From contig OZ024744.1 in NCBI GenBank assembly GCA_964016885.1, forward strand, positions 51,088,001 to 51,152,000: a DNA stretch of 64,000 nucleotides. Reading direction: 5' to 3'. Below the pieces are notes generated by a model that searched no databases, was not told the origin of the DNA, and worked only from the letters and a program-made list of their open reading frames with translations. Source of the DNA: Eledone cirrhosa. Taxonomy: Eukaryota. Shown here piece after piece: positions 27,786-41,497 of this stretch. Numbering within the stretch: position 1 is the first letter of the stretch; every line of letters starts with the position of its first letter. Position numbers and translations under genes: made by a program.

Positions 27786-29370
27786 AGATGCATTTATCTT
27801 TCTTTATGTTCATACGAGTTATCACCAAGTCACAACCAGTGACCTCAAGAGATAATAAGGTCCGCCATGTTCAAGAGAGAACATACATACACACACATGC
27901 ATCTTTAGTGTTTAGACTTGTGATGTACTTATATTGACAGAATCTTCCTTACTATATGGGCAGTTCCCATTAGTACTTATCTTTTGTATTTCTCCTATAC
28001 GCGGGTTTCCTGGGATTTGCGATAAGTAATCATTAGACCCCTTAGGTATCATTCCTAGAGCGCCTACAACCACTGGTATTGTTTTAGTTCTCAACTTCCA
28101 CATTTTTCCAATTTCTATCTCCAGGTCTTTATACTTGCTCAATTTTTCAAATGTTTTTATAGATACATTCTAGTCTATTGGAACAGACATATCAAATAGC
28201 AGGCGTACCATCTTTTTAAAGTCCTTCAGTATTATATCAGGTCTATTTGCATCTATTTTTCGGTCTGTTTGGATGCTAAAGTTCCACAAGATTGAGATGT
28301 GATCTTTTTCAAGTATGGGAGGTGGTTGATGCTCCCACCAATTCTTTTGATGGGGCAGGTCAAAATGCTTACACATTATCCAATGTATGTATTGTGCAGC
28401 TCTGTCATGCCTGTTTAGGTATTCGGTTGGAGCTATAGGACTGCACATTGAAACTATATGATCAATAGAGAGTAAGGAACATACTAAAATCACATCTAAA
28501 TAGTAGGAATGTCATAAGTGCAGTAAATTTCCGAGCTGTGTCTATTATTATTATTACGGACGTTAACCTAGGCGGGATTTGAACAGTCTGAGTTCAAATC
28601 CCGCCTAGGTTAACTTTGCCGTTCATCCTTACGGGGTCGATAAAATAAAGTACCAGTAATGTACTGGGTAATTGCTGGCCTTGTGCCTAAAGTAGAAACA
28701 ATTATTACGGACGCCATACTTTCCAGCATAGTTACGTCCCTTTACGATCTGAGTTCAAATCCCGCCGAGGTTGACTTTGCCTTTCATCCTTACGGGGTCG
28801 ATAAAATAAAGTACCAGTAATGCACTGGGTAATTGCTGGCCTTGTGCCTAACGTAGAAAAATATTATTATTATTATCATTATTCTTGGAGTCTCAGTCAT
28901 TGATGTTATTTAACTGGAAAGTTTGTTCAAATGAACACAGTCCTCTATGCTGATAAGACTTCTTCCACCCTCAGATCTCTTTAACTAGAATCTATCAACG
29001 TCACTCCTTTTGTGGAACATAGTGTAGGTAGTCATTAGCTTCCTAGTCTTCCTATCCATTTCTTTTTTGTTCAGTAACATTCCATTTCAGAATTCCCGCA
29101 CTGTACCTAATAATTGTTTCTACTTTAGGCACAAGGCCAGCAATTACCCAGTGCATTACTGGTACTTTATTTTATCGACTCCGTAAGGATGAAAGGCAAA
29201 GTCAATAGACACAGCTCGGAAATTTACTGCACTTATGACATTCCTACTATTTAGATGTGATTTTAGTATGTTCCTTACTCTCCTTATGTATCTTATCAAT
29301 TCCGTTATTTTATTGTTCTTGATGTCATCTGCCTCCAGAACACCCACATATTTGTATCCCTCTCCAGTGT
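27785..29370 (-). mobile_element. R4/Dong-clade RLE retrotransposon remnant, deleted, rearranged and interrupted by SINEs
   Basis: YKYVGVLE, WNVTE..MDRKTRKLMT...RSEGGRSL, HIVSMC...YLNRHD, NRPDI, KYKDL...IPVVVGALG; 3' end abuts (TAA)n. Confidence 0.85.
28561..28865 (+). mobile_element. Two 5'-truncated SINE S1 copies, the first with a fold-back hairpin
   Basis: gttaacctaggcgggatttgaac...gttcaaatcccgcctaggttaac; another S1 fragment lies on - at 29108-29203. Confidence 0.85.
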
Positions 29371-30357
29371 CGATTTCCGAGATTAATGCCGCAGATTATT
29401 CTGTCCGACGTTCTAACGACTCTGCCAATTAGAAATATATTTAAATCAGTAATATCATATATCAACTTAATGAGTGATCTAAATCAGAGCTATATTTACT
29501 TAATATGTTTAATATATAAATATCTTTACTAAATAATATCTATAACGTAGTATAATATAAACTTAACGATTGATACATAATATTAGAATATATTTGTCAA
29601 GAGAAAGGAAAGTGGATACAAAAGGATATAATGTATTATTGATCAGTTTAACGAGTGTGTGGGGTGTACATTGTTGACCAAGTCAATGATCGCTGTGAAT
29701 TGTTATCTTCATTTTGTATATACATACACACATACGCATACACACACATATACACACATACATTCACATGAACACACATAAACATAAACGTTCATACACA
29801 CATTCACACACACACACATAAACATAAACGCTCATACACACACTCACACAAACACACATAAACATAAACAGTCATACACACATACATACATATTGTTGTA
29901 TCCCAATGTGTACTGCTATGAATAGTATTAACCTTATTTTGACCGAAACTGTAGTGATTTCCAGAGGTTAACCGAGGAGATGAGACTGTCCGTTTTCCCG
30001 TTGTTTTTTCCACTGCTTTTGTCCTTAAATTCATATTCTAAAGACTTAGTCTTGAGGTCTTTTTTTGAGACTATCTATATATATAGGAGTGTGTGTGTGC
30101 GTGTGTGTGATTAAAATATGACCAGGATTTAAATTAACCCATTTAGTTGATTAACCAACGTTTCTATTAAAATAGCAGCGACTCTGCTCTCACAGTTTAA
30201 ATCCCGTTCAAGTCAACCTTGCCTGTCATTCTTCCAAGGTTGATAAATAAAGTACCACTCTAGTACTAGTGTAAATTCTTACTCTATATCTCTTTCTTAC
30301 TTTCTTTCTCTCTGACTCTCTCTCTCTCTTTCTCTTTCCCAGGAAGAAAACTGCTGG

Positions 30358-31035
30358 CCAGGAGAGGGGATGGGCTCCACCAGGTTTTAAAATGCTCCAT
30401 GGTATGAGTGTAGTACCCAGGTCAGGAGAAGGGATGGGCTCCACCAGGTTTTAAAATGCTCCATGGTATGAGTGTAATACCCAGGTCAGGAGAAGGGATG
30501 GGCTCCACCAGGTTTTAAAATGCTCCATGGTATGAGTGTAATACCCAGGTCAGGAGAAGGGATGGGCTCCACCAGGTTTTAAAATGCTCCATGGTATGAG
30601 TGTAATACCCAGGTCAGGAGAAGGGATGGGCTCCACCAGGTTTTAAAATGCTCCATGGTATGAGTGTAATACCCAGGTCAGGAGAAGGGATGGGCTCCAC
30701 CAGGTTTTAAAATGCTCCATGGTATGAGTGTAATACCCAGGTCAGGAGAAGGGATGGGCTCCACCAGGTTTTAAAATGCTCCATGGTATGAGTGTAATAC
30801 CCAGGTCAGGAGAGGGGATGGACTCCACCAGGTTTTAAAATGCTCCATGGTATGAGTGTAATACCCAGGTCAGGAGAGGGGATGGGCTCCACCAGGTTTT
30901 AAAATGCTCCATGGTATGAGTGTAATACCCAGGTCAGGAGAAGGGATGGGCTCCACCAGGTTTTAAAATGCTCCATGGTATGAGTGTAATACCCAGGTCA
31001 GGAGAGGGGATGGGCTCCACCAGGTTTTAAAATGC
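30358..31035. repeat. Homogeneous 64-bp tandem minisatellite, about 10.5 units
   Basis: Unit ccaggtcaggagaagggatgggctccaccaggttttaaaatgctccatggtatgagtgtaatac. Confidence 0.97.
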
Positions 31036-31092
31036 CCTAAAAAATGTGGTATGTCAATATGTCGCCCCGACGATTCCCACAGGAGTTACCGG

Positions 31093-31615
31093 TCCATACC
31101 AAACCATACCAAACCATACCATGCCATACCATACCACACTATACCATACCATACTAAACCATTCTATACCATTCTATACCATACCATACTACACCACACT
31201 ATACCATACCATACTATTCTATACCATACCATACTACACCACACTATACCATACAATACTATTCTATACGATATCATGCCACACCACACTATACCATACC
31301 ATACCATACTATACCATACTATACCATACCATACCACATTATACCATACCATACTATTCTATACCATACCATACTATACCATACTATACCACACCATACT
31401 ATACCACTCCACACTATACCATACCATACCATATTATACCATACCACACCATACCACACCATACCATACCATATCATACCCCACTATACCAAACCATACC
31501 GTACTATACCCTACCATTCTATACCATACCATACTATACCACACCATATCATACCCCACTATACCATACCATACTATACAACACCATACCATACCACACC
31601 ATCCATACCATACTA
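31093..31615. repeat. Degenerate (ACCAT)n pentanucleotide satellite
   Basis: ACCAT/ACTAT/ACCAC units. Confidence 0.95.
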
Positions 31616-32199
31616 CTACATTAACATATCGGTTAAAATGTTTGTTTCACTATCAAGAGATTTGTGCTTCGATTCCGCTGCGAGTTATCCTGAACAAATG
31701 TCGTGTTTATTATATTTTTTTTCAAATCTTTGGTCGCAAAATTAGGGTGCGTCCTCGAGGACGAAGCGTCATATATGTATTTGTTGTAATCATTAAATAC
31801 GTCTAAAACAAATTGGAACTCACAACTCGGAAGATTCTGTAAGAAAGTGCAAAATAATTTTTAAACAGCCAATGTCTCCAATTCATTGCAGAACAAGAAC
31901 ACAGCTTCTCTAGAACTAACATTGTTGACGCCATTCAAGATTTTACTGACTCCTTTTACTAATCGTACTGCTGACCAAATGAATTTCTAAACCCTCCATT
32001 CAACCATCCTAGAAACACGACATATTATCAAACATTCCCCACAGATTATTACAGCTTTCTGATCATAGACAAATATTTGCCGGCATTGACCTTTACTGAA
32101 ACAATCAACTGTCTAGAAATAAAAACAACAACACATTTTACACAGAATCAACCTCTAGATAACAGACACACATCAATAGGTAAAAAGAAAAAGAAATAT

Positions 32200-32800
32200 T
32201 GCATGGTTCCTACCCCCAGATAACATTAATCTAGCGATATACATTGCTACAAAATTCTTTGCTTTTTATTAGAAAACGTGAGTACAATAGAATTAGTTAA
32301 AAAAACACATTATAAAAGGTGCATATTCAACCACTCCTAATTTGACTAGTTTTAACTACATCTACCAACCACAAGATCAATGAAGTTATTACTACGCTTC
32401 TATCAGTTCACTTTACTGTATGACACCCAACAACTGTCCACTCAAAATAACTGTTTAGCAAGATATTGTACATAAACACAGAGACAACATACATTGTCTA
32501 AAACTTACATAGGTGTATGAGATTCAACTCCTTTAAAACTCTGTTTAATTCGCACCCATGCTATTATTTTAGACTCCTCAATAGGTCGAATGAAATGACA
32601 TTAGCTAAATACATCCACGAATTACAACAAATCTATAGAATACAAACTCCATTGAAAATCTTTATATAGAGCAAGAACACATGCCAGAAACTTGAAGCCA
32701 TGCAAATTGTGTATTGAAAGATGTTTGTAAATCCTATTCACCAAAGATTGCTTCCTGGATAGAATCAACTTATCTCCCTTGCATTCCTAGAATTTACAGG
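32200..32800 (+). mobile_element. Highly degraded Penelope-like element (GIY-YIG region)
   Basis: Fragments IIKGAYSTTPNL, NCPL..NCLA, TYIGV, TLAKYIHEL, PCKLCIE in the expected order. Confidence 0.65.
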
Positions 32801-33607
32801 ACCTACAAACATTTCTAACATTCTGATTTCCCCAACTGGTAGCTACACCCCAACTGGTAACTACACAGTAACTACAGTCCAGTAATTTAACTATTTTGTT
32901 TAGATTTTCTTCAATTTCTTCATTTATATTGTTTATTCATTAATATTATTTTCATTTTAATAAATTCCATTTCACCAATTCTCCTATTATTTCCCATTGT
33001 CACTTTCCCTTTTTTTCAGTCTCACTCACACATTCATCTATTTTGGGAGTTTATGTGGCTATTTCACTTTTAATCGTTGAACTTCTATCATTTTACTTTT
33101 CGAGCATCCATTCAAATATTGTGCATTTGCTACACTTTTGTGTGCATATTTAGTTATTTCTTACCTACCACCAAATCTCTGCCTATGTGCAGGCATGTAA
33201 TCTTAGGTGTCTACCTGTGCATGTGTCTAGTTATATGCATACATCGGAAAATATTTGCGTATGTACTTAGAGTCAACGTGGAGGTAAATATGTATATTCA
33301 TGTATGTATTTGTACATCTCTATATATTGTACGCTTGCTGCACACGCACACACACACACACACACACATACACACACACACAAACACACACATATATGTA
33401 TATATATGTATATATATGTATAATTGCATACATACTGACAAATGCACATATATAAGCACCCCTCTATATATATATGCATGCGAATATACAAACTTATATA
33501 CAGACCGACATGTAAAAATTCACTATATATTAAAGTTTAAGTAAAGAATCGCTGCTTTCACCCTTGACGGGATCTTCTGAGATTTTAGTCTTCACATTTA
33601 TTATTAT

Positions 33608-33660
<53 letters not shown>

Positions 33661-33778
33661 GGTGTGGTGAACCGCATATATTCTAACCATTAAAAAAAGC
33701 AAAATGAATGCTTCACCACCGTCGATGGAGGGTTGACTCAAGAAAAAAAAAATCTATATATATCTATGTATATATATA

Positions 33779-33852
33779 TATATCAACTAGAAATTGATTG
33801 ACATATATATCTAAAATAAACACATGAAGCAATCATGATTGCTTCATGTGTT

Positions 33853-33891
<39 letters not shown>

Positions 33892-33912
33892 AATCAATTT
33901 CTAATTGATATA
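33779..33912. repeat. Spacer-less palindrome spanning a (TA)n tract
   Basis: Centre ...cacatgaagcaatca|tgattgcttcatgtg...; outer arms tatcaactagaaattgattgac and gtcaatcaatttctaattgata. Confidence 0.9.
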
Positions 33913-34377
33913 AAATGCTCGGATCTATTCATTGGAATCTTTGAGCATATTCTACAGAGGATATGACGCATGTCTTTCGGACATGACACCCTTAATTTAA
34001 TTTTGGATATATATATATATATCGTTTTCTCGCTCACATTTTGCAGGGTTCGGACGCGGCTGCCGTCTTCTCGTCGTTGATCTGTTCGAACTTAAGTTCA
34101 CATGTATCATTGACTTGTCGCTCATTTCCTCTCTTTACGTTGCATTACTACTTTTGTTTGTTTACTGTCCCTCTTTCTCCACCCAATTCGCTGTCCCAAT
34201 AACTTATTTTAGTTATCGTTCGCACTGATTTTGAGGTATCTGGTCTTTAATGCGAAGAAATACCGATGATAGTCAGAAGATCACTGATGATGGACAGTCC
34301 CGTTTCTCGCTCTATTTTTCATTCATATATATATACATATGAAATCAAGAAGTGTAAGTCTTCGTTCATTCATATTC

Positions 34378-34436
34378 GCTGCTATATATATTTCAGTGAT
34401 AATCATTATTCAACAACTATGACCTCATCAGGCAGT
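34378..34436 (-). ncRNA. Type I hammerhead motif (H1)
   Basis: actgc-CTGATGA-ggtcatagt...attatcact-GAAA-tatata-TA-gcagc. Confidence 0.75.
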
Positions 34437-35517
34437 TAGAACTTGAACAGAAAAAACAGGAAAACAATGTTGGAATAGATTTTAACTTAATCCATTGATA
34501 TGTTCAGATCCAGAGTGTGTTGTTAATCCTCTAAGGAACTGAAAGCATATGGTTTAGATTGAACGAATTCTAGCGAGGAAAAGACAGGCCTTCACCTCAT
34601 TGGTCAGATACCATATCAACACCCCAGCCGAAAATCTATTGAAATTCTTCGGTCAGTTTTCCTAGAAAGAGGTCAGACTGGTTGGGTTGCTTTTAACTAC
34701 ATGCATATTGTGGTCCAGTTGACCTACTTCCCTGTAGTTGTGTGAGCAGGTCAGTTAACAGGTCAATACCTATCACCCTGTTGTGTCAGGCTGTTAAGGA
34801 AGAATTTATGTAGGTAAACTGATATGGGTTCCTCTGGTGGCATTAGTGCTTCTCCATATCGTTAGGTCTTATAGTGGGAGTTGCTATAAATGTGTGTTAA
34901 AACAAATACGTGTTAAAATCTAGAAGTGTTAAAAATTATAATCTATATTTTAAACATTTAGCACACACCCGCAAACATCCATCGATGTACACCCATACGT
35001 GCATACATATAAAAATAAACATAGGTGCACACACATCTATAGCTAAACGTAACTATGTACACATATATACACGCACACACACACAAGTACATATACACAC
35101 ATACGTGCATACGTACACACAAACACAGACGAATATGTGTACGCAGTTAATTTTTATAATTTTTTAAATTATATTTTATAATTTTTTAAATTATATTTTA
35201 TAACTTTTAAATATATCTCTGCATGTTCTTTCTTACTGTATATATGTGCGTGTGTTTTTTTTATCGTGAGTGTGTGTATATATTTTTTGGTTTCGCGTGT
35301 TTTTATATATGTGTATATATGTCTATGTATATGAGCGTACGTGTGTATATATATATATAGTCAGTCGATTACAAATCAACTATCTTTTCATTGATTAATA
35401 TATATATGTTGTCACCCAGGCTGGCAACTACTGACTCTGGCCGCCTTCAGGTCTTCAACTTTTCTTTCTACTTTTCAGCCCCTTGGATTGTGTCTACACA
35501 ATTAGATAAATTTCGTT

Positions 35518-35575
35518 ACACCTGATGATGTCACCGGGTTCTTGCAGAACCCAGTCATTGAAATGTGAATAGTGT
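35518..35575 (+). ncRNA. Type I hammerhead motif (H3) in a roughly 210-bp element (35410-35622) between TA tracts
   Basis: acac-CTGATGA-tgtcaccgggttcttgcagaacccagtcatt-GAAA-tgtgaa-TA-gtgt. Confidence 0.8.
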
Positions 35576-35618
35576 TTATAATAAACCCTTAAAGAATTTC
35601 ACCAGTTCAGCCTCCTGT

Positions 35619-35733
<115 letters not shown>

Positions 35734-35774
35734 CGAAACATAAGTCAATTGCATGAACTCATAATCCTTTATTT

Positions 35775-35830
35775 ACTGCTATATATATTTCAATGATAGC
35801 CATTGAGTGGCTATGACCTCATCAGGCAGT
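35775..35830 (-). ncRNA. Type I hammerhead motif (H1)
   Basis: actgc-CTGATGA-ggtcatagccactcaatggctatcatt-GAAA-tatata-TA-gcagt. Confidence 0.85.
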
Positions 35831-36749
35831 TCTTAGATATGCCAGCTCTGTGTTTATGGTGTTGAAGGTATCAGAGCCTTGGGACATATGAGCTTGTTAG
35901 GAATAATTTGATGTTGTCAGCAGGATTAATCTTAATTCTCATTGGTTAGTTTGTAGATGGTAGTAGGGTTGGTATTTGACCTCAAAGAGGCAGGTGGTGT
36001 TGTAAAGTTCAAACCGTCAGGCAAGATGACAATAGTTCCATATGACTGATTTTCACAAAAAGCATTCCTGGTCAGATATATATTCAATTAAGGTTAATAG
36101 TATGAAATAGATACTACAGGTCATTCTTAAATTGAGGAATTTATGTGGAGTGGTGCGACTGAAATTTATGGTTAGAGTAGAAAATTTACAAATAAAAAGA
36201 CTTATGTAGATTGGCTTGCAGATATACTCACACCCACCTCCACAGACACACACACACACACACCCACACATACACATTGAGGAATTAATGTGGGGTGGTA
36301 ATACTTAAAATAATGGTTAGACTCAAATACTTAGTTTAGAAAAAAAGACTTATGTTGGTTGACTTGTACATACACTCACACCTACCCCCTCAGACACACA
36401 CACACATCTACACACACAAATCCATACAGGTGTGTATATATATATATGTACGCACAAGTGCATATATATATACAACAGAGGCCCCCAAATCCAAGTATAA
36501 GGCAGACAAAACTCAGAAAAACTCAGATAACATACATATATATATATATATAAGAGAGTATTGAAATTTTGCTTGAAGTATTGTGGAATAATAAGGTAAA
36601 TTTCTTTAAGTCGTTTGGAAGAGGGATGTAAGTGGGTGTACGTTGAGATGCGTAGCGTGTATAAGACTGTAACGTGTAGAGGAATGAAGCAAAGAGCGTA
36701 AAGGATAAAAATAAAAATAACAACACAAGAAAGAGTTACCTTGGGAGAG

Positions 36750-37422
36750 ATTTAATTGTCCCTATATATTTCGGATTCACATCCATCAACTGGGATTTTT
36801 TCCGGAGGGGGGAATGATTGTCTGTCGGACAGGTGCAAAACGTGTCCTCCGTTGTTCGTTGTTTTGAATATCTGAGGTATTCAGCAGAGCGCGCGTGCGC
36901 GTGAAATGGGGTCGGTCAGGCAGAGGTCAGCGGCCGAAGTAGTTCTTTCAATTGTGGGAGTGGGGTGGCGCTAGCTGTCAGTCCATTCTCTGCCTGTTTG
37001 GTGAATGTTACTGTGTGTGTGTGTGTGTGTGCGTATGTTGTTGTCTGGCTTGAGTGTGTGTGTGTGTGTGTGCGTGTGTTGTTGCCTTGTTCCTCTGTAT
37101 TGGCAGTGTAGTATGTTCGTATGGTGGAATGCTACTGTGTGTGTGTGTGCGTGTGTTGCTGTCTCGCTTGTGTGTGGTGTGCGTGTGTTGCTGCATCGTT
37201 TGCTAACTTAAACCAACCACCTCATTTCGCTTCTCTCGGATCGGTTGTTTAATTGTGGCCCTAGGCGTTTGATCCAAAGTGCTTCCTTGATACGTAACGT
37301 GCCGACGTTTCTTTCTGTCACTAGAATTGTGACAATGGGCCTTCCGTCTTTGTTTCCGCATTTGGCTATGTGTTTCCGGAAAGACGAGACCCTGGTTTTA
37401 GTGTGCTCCTTGATCCGGATGC
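36750..37422 (-). mobile_element. Penelope-like element 3' end (GIY-YIG C-terminus, 3' UTR, degenerate hammerhead)
   Basis: 37422-37208 reads IRIKEHTKTRVSSFRKHIAKC...VTIL...LRIKEALWIKRLGPQLNNRSE; 36754-36796 reads tcc-CAGTTGA-tggatgtgaatcc-GAAA-tata-TA-ggga. Confidence 0.75.
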
Positions 37423-37438
37423 ATATATATATATGTAT

Positions 37439-37773
37439 GTAATCTGAGTTTTTCGAATATTAATAATAACATTCTATTCGTTTGCAATTAAGCAAACAAG
37501 CCTCAATTTTATAGCCATGTTAGTAGAATGAACCCTTCATTCTTGCTCTTGTGCTGGCATGTGAACAGAGCTGCACACACTAATGTTTCTGGGCATCACC
37601 CTTCATCAGTACATCTCACTGTTCACCTCATCGGTATAGATCACTGTTCACATGCCAACACAAGAGCAAGAATGAAGGGTTCATTCTACTGACATGGCTA
37701 TAAAATTGAGGCTTGTTTGCATAATTGCAAACGAATCGAATGTTATTATTAATATTCGAAAAACTCAGATTAC
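37439..37773. repeat. 130-bp-arm inverted repeat with a hammerhead motif in the spacer
   Basis: 37439-37568 pairs with 37644-37773. Confidence 0.9.
37561..37626 (-). ncRNA. Type I hammerhead motif (H7) with non-canonical GUG cleavage triplet
   Basis: gtgaacag..tgta-CTGATGA-agggtgatgccca-GAAA-cattagtg-TG-tgca..ctgttcac. Confidence 0.65.
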
Positions 37774-37826
37774 AATTATTGTATTCAGCCATGTAGAGCG
37801 AAAATTTTCTTTTTTATATATGTATG

Positions 37827-37907
<81 letters not shown>

Positions 37908-38029
37908 ATATATATATATATGTATGTATATATATGTATATATATGTATGTATGTATGTATGTATATATATATATATATATATGTATGTATATATATATA
38001 TATATATATATATAATGATTTTGTTATCT

Positions 38030-38767
38030 GGAAAAGAATGAAACGAAATTTCATTTCTCACTCTTAGTACGGCTGATACCTAAATATAAGTATGTATACG
38101 TACATTCATATATGTGTATAGACGTACAGTAGTATGTATATATACATACATGCACACACATATATATATATATACGTATGGGTTTACCGAACATTTATTA
38201 TAATGTTCGGTTTGTTTGTAAACAAACAGCCCGAATTACGCCGTTCAGTGCTCGGCAACCATCGTCGCCCTTTTGTTCAACACTGACACAGTGCATGTAT
38301 GTATATATATACATACTACTGTACGTCTGTACACATATATGTATGTACGTATACATACTTATATTTAGGTATCAGCCGTACAAAGAGTGAGAAATGAAAT
38401 TTCGTTTCATTCTTTTCCATTTATCGTTTTCGGTGCGCCCGGCCGACTAACTCACTCGATATGCAAATTAGGCTGCTCAGCCGTTAATATGCAATCATCT
38501 GACAGGAAGGTATACGATGCTGACGATAGCTAATAAGCTTGAAACTAGTACATCGTTCCTGTGTCAGTGTTGAACAAAAGGGCGACGATGGTTGCCGAGC
38601 ACTGTACGGCGTAATTCGCGCTGTTTGTTTACAAACAAACCGAACATTATAATAAATGTTCGGTAAACCCATACGTACATATATATATGTCTGCATGTAT
38701 GTATATATATACATACTACTGTACGTCTGTACACATATATGTATGTACGTATACATACTTAGATTTA
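38030..38767. mobile_element. Hammerhead element H4: inverted partial copy followed by about 1.2 units of a 400-nt monomer
   Basis: Direct repeat at 38292 and 38692; 38030-38291 is the reverse complement of parts of the monomer. Confidence 0.85.
38500..38565 (+). ncRNA. Minimal type I hammerhead (H4) with extended stem I
   Basis: acaggaa-ggtata-cgatg-CTGACGA-tagctaataagctt-GAAA-ctag-TA-catcg-ttcctgt; palindromic ACTAGT stem III. Confidence 0.9.
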
Positions 38768-39811
38768 GTTATCTTTATTCTAAAAATCTAGTTAATACGA
38801 CAAAATAAGTTAACTAATTTTTTTCTCCGTTATTTTTTCTGTTATAATCATCCTCCGTTAAAACCTTTCATCTACTTTAACTTTAGGTTGTATCTAAATA
38901 AATTGAATCTAATATAAATTGATAAATTCGCCTATCATTCATACATTTTTTCTTTCTAAATTATTACACAAAGTTTTAATAATCTCTCCTAACATATATT
39001 AACTACTTAAATAATAAAATTGTTGAATTGATAAATTTCACCTCGGTAATTATCTCCCTTCTTTTAAAATAAATAATTTATCACATAATATTACAACCTA
39101 CTCAACTATATATTTAAAACAAAAGAACCATATCAATTATAAAATACTTTTCTACTCATATAATTTCAAAATCAAATTATACATAAACAAAAATAATTTT
39201 CCTACAAATTCTGTAATCCAAATTCTTTCCCCATTTATTATATTTTCATAATACTACTTTTGTTTCCTAGAATATTTTTTCATTTTTTCCTTTGATATAA
39301 TATATACTTTTGATTTAATACCTATCTAATTGATTATAAGCAGCATATAGACTGAATAACGGTCAACTTCTTTTTGTTATTTGACCTATCTAATTACGCT
39401 ATATTTTAAATAATTTATTAGATGTTTAAACCAACTGTAATTATTCTCCCAGTCACATAACTTCCTGTGTGTAGGTTTTTTTCTAGTCATATGCTTGGTG
39501 GTCACCGATCTGTCCAGCTCGTATGTCTACCAGCATATCATGAAAAATGATACATCTCATATGTATTTTATCTGATGGGGACATGTTTTGGTTTATGTTA
39601 TACAGAAAACTTTGGATCTTCAAAATATATATAATAAAATAACTAGAGATGATATAAAGTATATATCTTTCATTTATTACTATTATATATATATATTTAT
39701 ATATATATATATATAAGGGCTTCGATTCTTTCTAATATATATTACCCCAAGTATCGAGTACTCTGTTGAATAATGGTCTTACTAAGTTTCAAATTCAATC
39801 CTCCTGATATT

Positions 39812-39866
<55 letters not shown>

Positions 39867-40079
39867 TCATATGATTTATTGATATTTTATCTGAGTGACC
39901 CGAATCTTCCTGGTCGTTATTTTTCGGCTGCACGGGTAATTTTAGGCATAATCTTTGTGTGTTGGTATCTTAACGATAGTTATAGCTCTGATTTATCTGA
40001 ATTATTGAGCCCTCTGCCTCTCATGTCGGATTTTGTTTATCGTAAATTTGTGAGCTGATTTTCCGATACTCGATTATTC

Positions 40080-40159
<80 letters not shown>

Positions 40160-40164
<5 letters not shown>

Positions 40165-41146
40165 ACGTCAAGACGGGCGGTCAGGAAAGTGAAAGTAATT
40201 TTTGACAACACTGTGAATTAAAAAAATTTTTTTTTTTACAACAGGTCTCAATAGTGAAAGTTACGGTACACACGCAATTGTATGGTTTTTAAATATATAT
40301 ATATGTGTGGGTGTGTATATGTGTGTATATATATGTGTGTCTGTATGTATATATATATGTGTGTTTGTGTCATCATCATCGTTTAACGTCTATCTTCCAC
40401 ACAAGCATGGGTTTAGACGTATATATATGTTTGTGTGTATATATGTGTTTGTACATCTCGCCAAACTTGTTTGCATCAAATCTCTGTCCCCAAAGAAATT
40501 AAGGTCGGGTCACCAACAAGTTTGGCGAGATGATCAACTGTATTTCAGCTATTTATACGGTGTAATAAGGATTTTCATAAAGTACGTCAATTTATATTTT
40601 ATATGCAACAAACGTCTAACTATGTAGTTATTTATGTCATTATTTAAAAACACACAATGTCATTATTACAAAACAAAAATTGGGCGGTGGATTGGCTGTA
40701 TCGGTAGAGGGTCGGACGCCATGCTTTCCAGCATAGTTACGTCCCTTTATGATCTGAGTTCAAATCCCGCCGAGGTTGACTTTGCCTTTCATCCTTACGG
40801 GGTCGATAAAATGAAGTACCAGTAATGCACTGGATAATTGCTGGCCTTGTGCCTAAAGTAGAAACAATTATTTAAAAAAAAAATTTTCCGTACACACAAT
40901 ACACAAAAAAAGAAAAAAAAAAAGAAAAATCGCACCGCAATACTAATTAACACCATATCACTATAGAGACCTGTTGTAAATAAACAAACAAATACACACC
41001 CACACATATATATATATTAAGAAATCCATACAATTGCGTGTGTATCGTAACTTTCACTATTGAGACCTGTTGTAAAAAAAAACAAAAAACAAATTCACAG
41101 TGTCAAAAATTACTTTCACTTTCCAGACCGCCCGTCTTGACGTATG

Positions 41147-41148
<2 letters not shown>
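40160..41148. mobile_element. Non-autonomous DNA transposon (MITE-like, about 130-bp TIRs) in (TA)n, carrying a SINE S1 (40682-40870)
   Basis: TIR ggcatacgtcaagacgggcggtc... and ...gaccgcccgtcttgacgtatgcc. Confidence 0.8.
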
Positions 41149-41190
<42 letters not shown>

Positions 41191-41497
41191 GTAAAAAGTT
41201 GAACGGGAACAAAACAGAGAGGCAGTACGAACAAAAGTTTATTAGTTTCACGCTCTTGAGAGTGTAAAATGTTCGTGTAGGTCTCACAACAAAAATTACC
41301 CAGTACACACTGTAGAGTGGTCGTGTATATATATATATATATATATATATAAATATATACATATATGTATACGTATATGTATATATGCATGTATAAATAT
41401 ATGTATATATATATTGTTATACTTAGGATCATGTTGTTGTAATAATATTGCCATAAATAATAACAGAACACACTCACTTTCTGGCAATATTATTATA

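Noticed and set aside
30358-31035. Possible CRISPR array
   Set aside because: Contiguous identical units with no unique spacers; eukaryotic context and no cas genes
34225-34305. Hammerhead-like pieces in a repeat shared with 26795-27012 (agatca-CTGATGA-tggacagtcc)
   Set aside because: No GAAA follows stem II and the order of parts is non-canonical; at most a truncated 5' half
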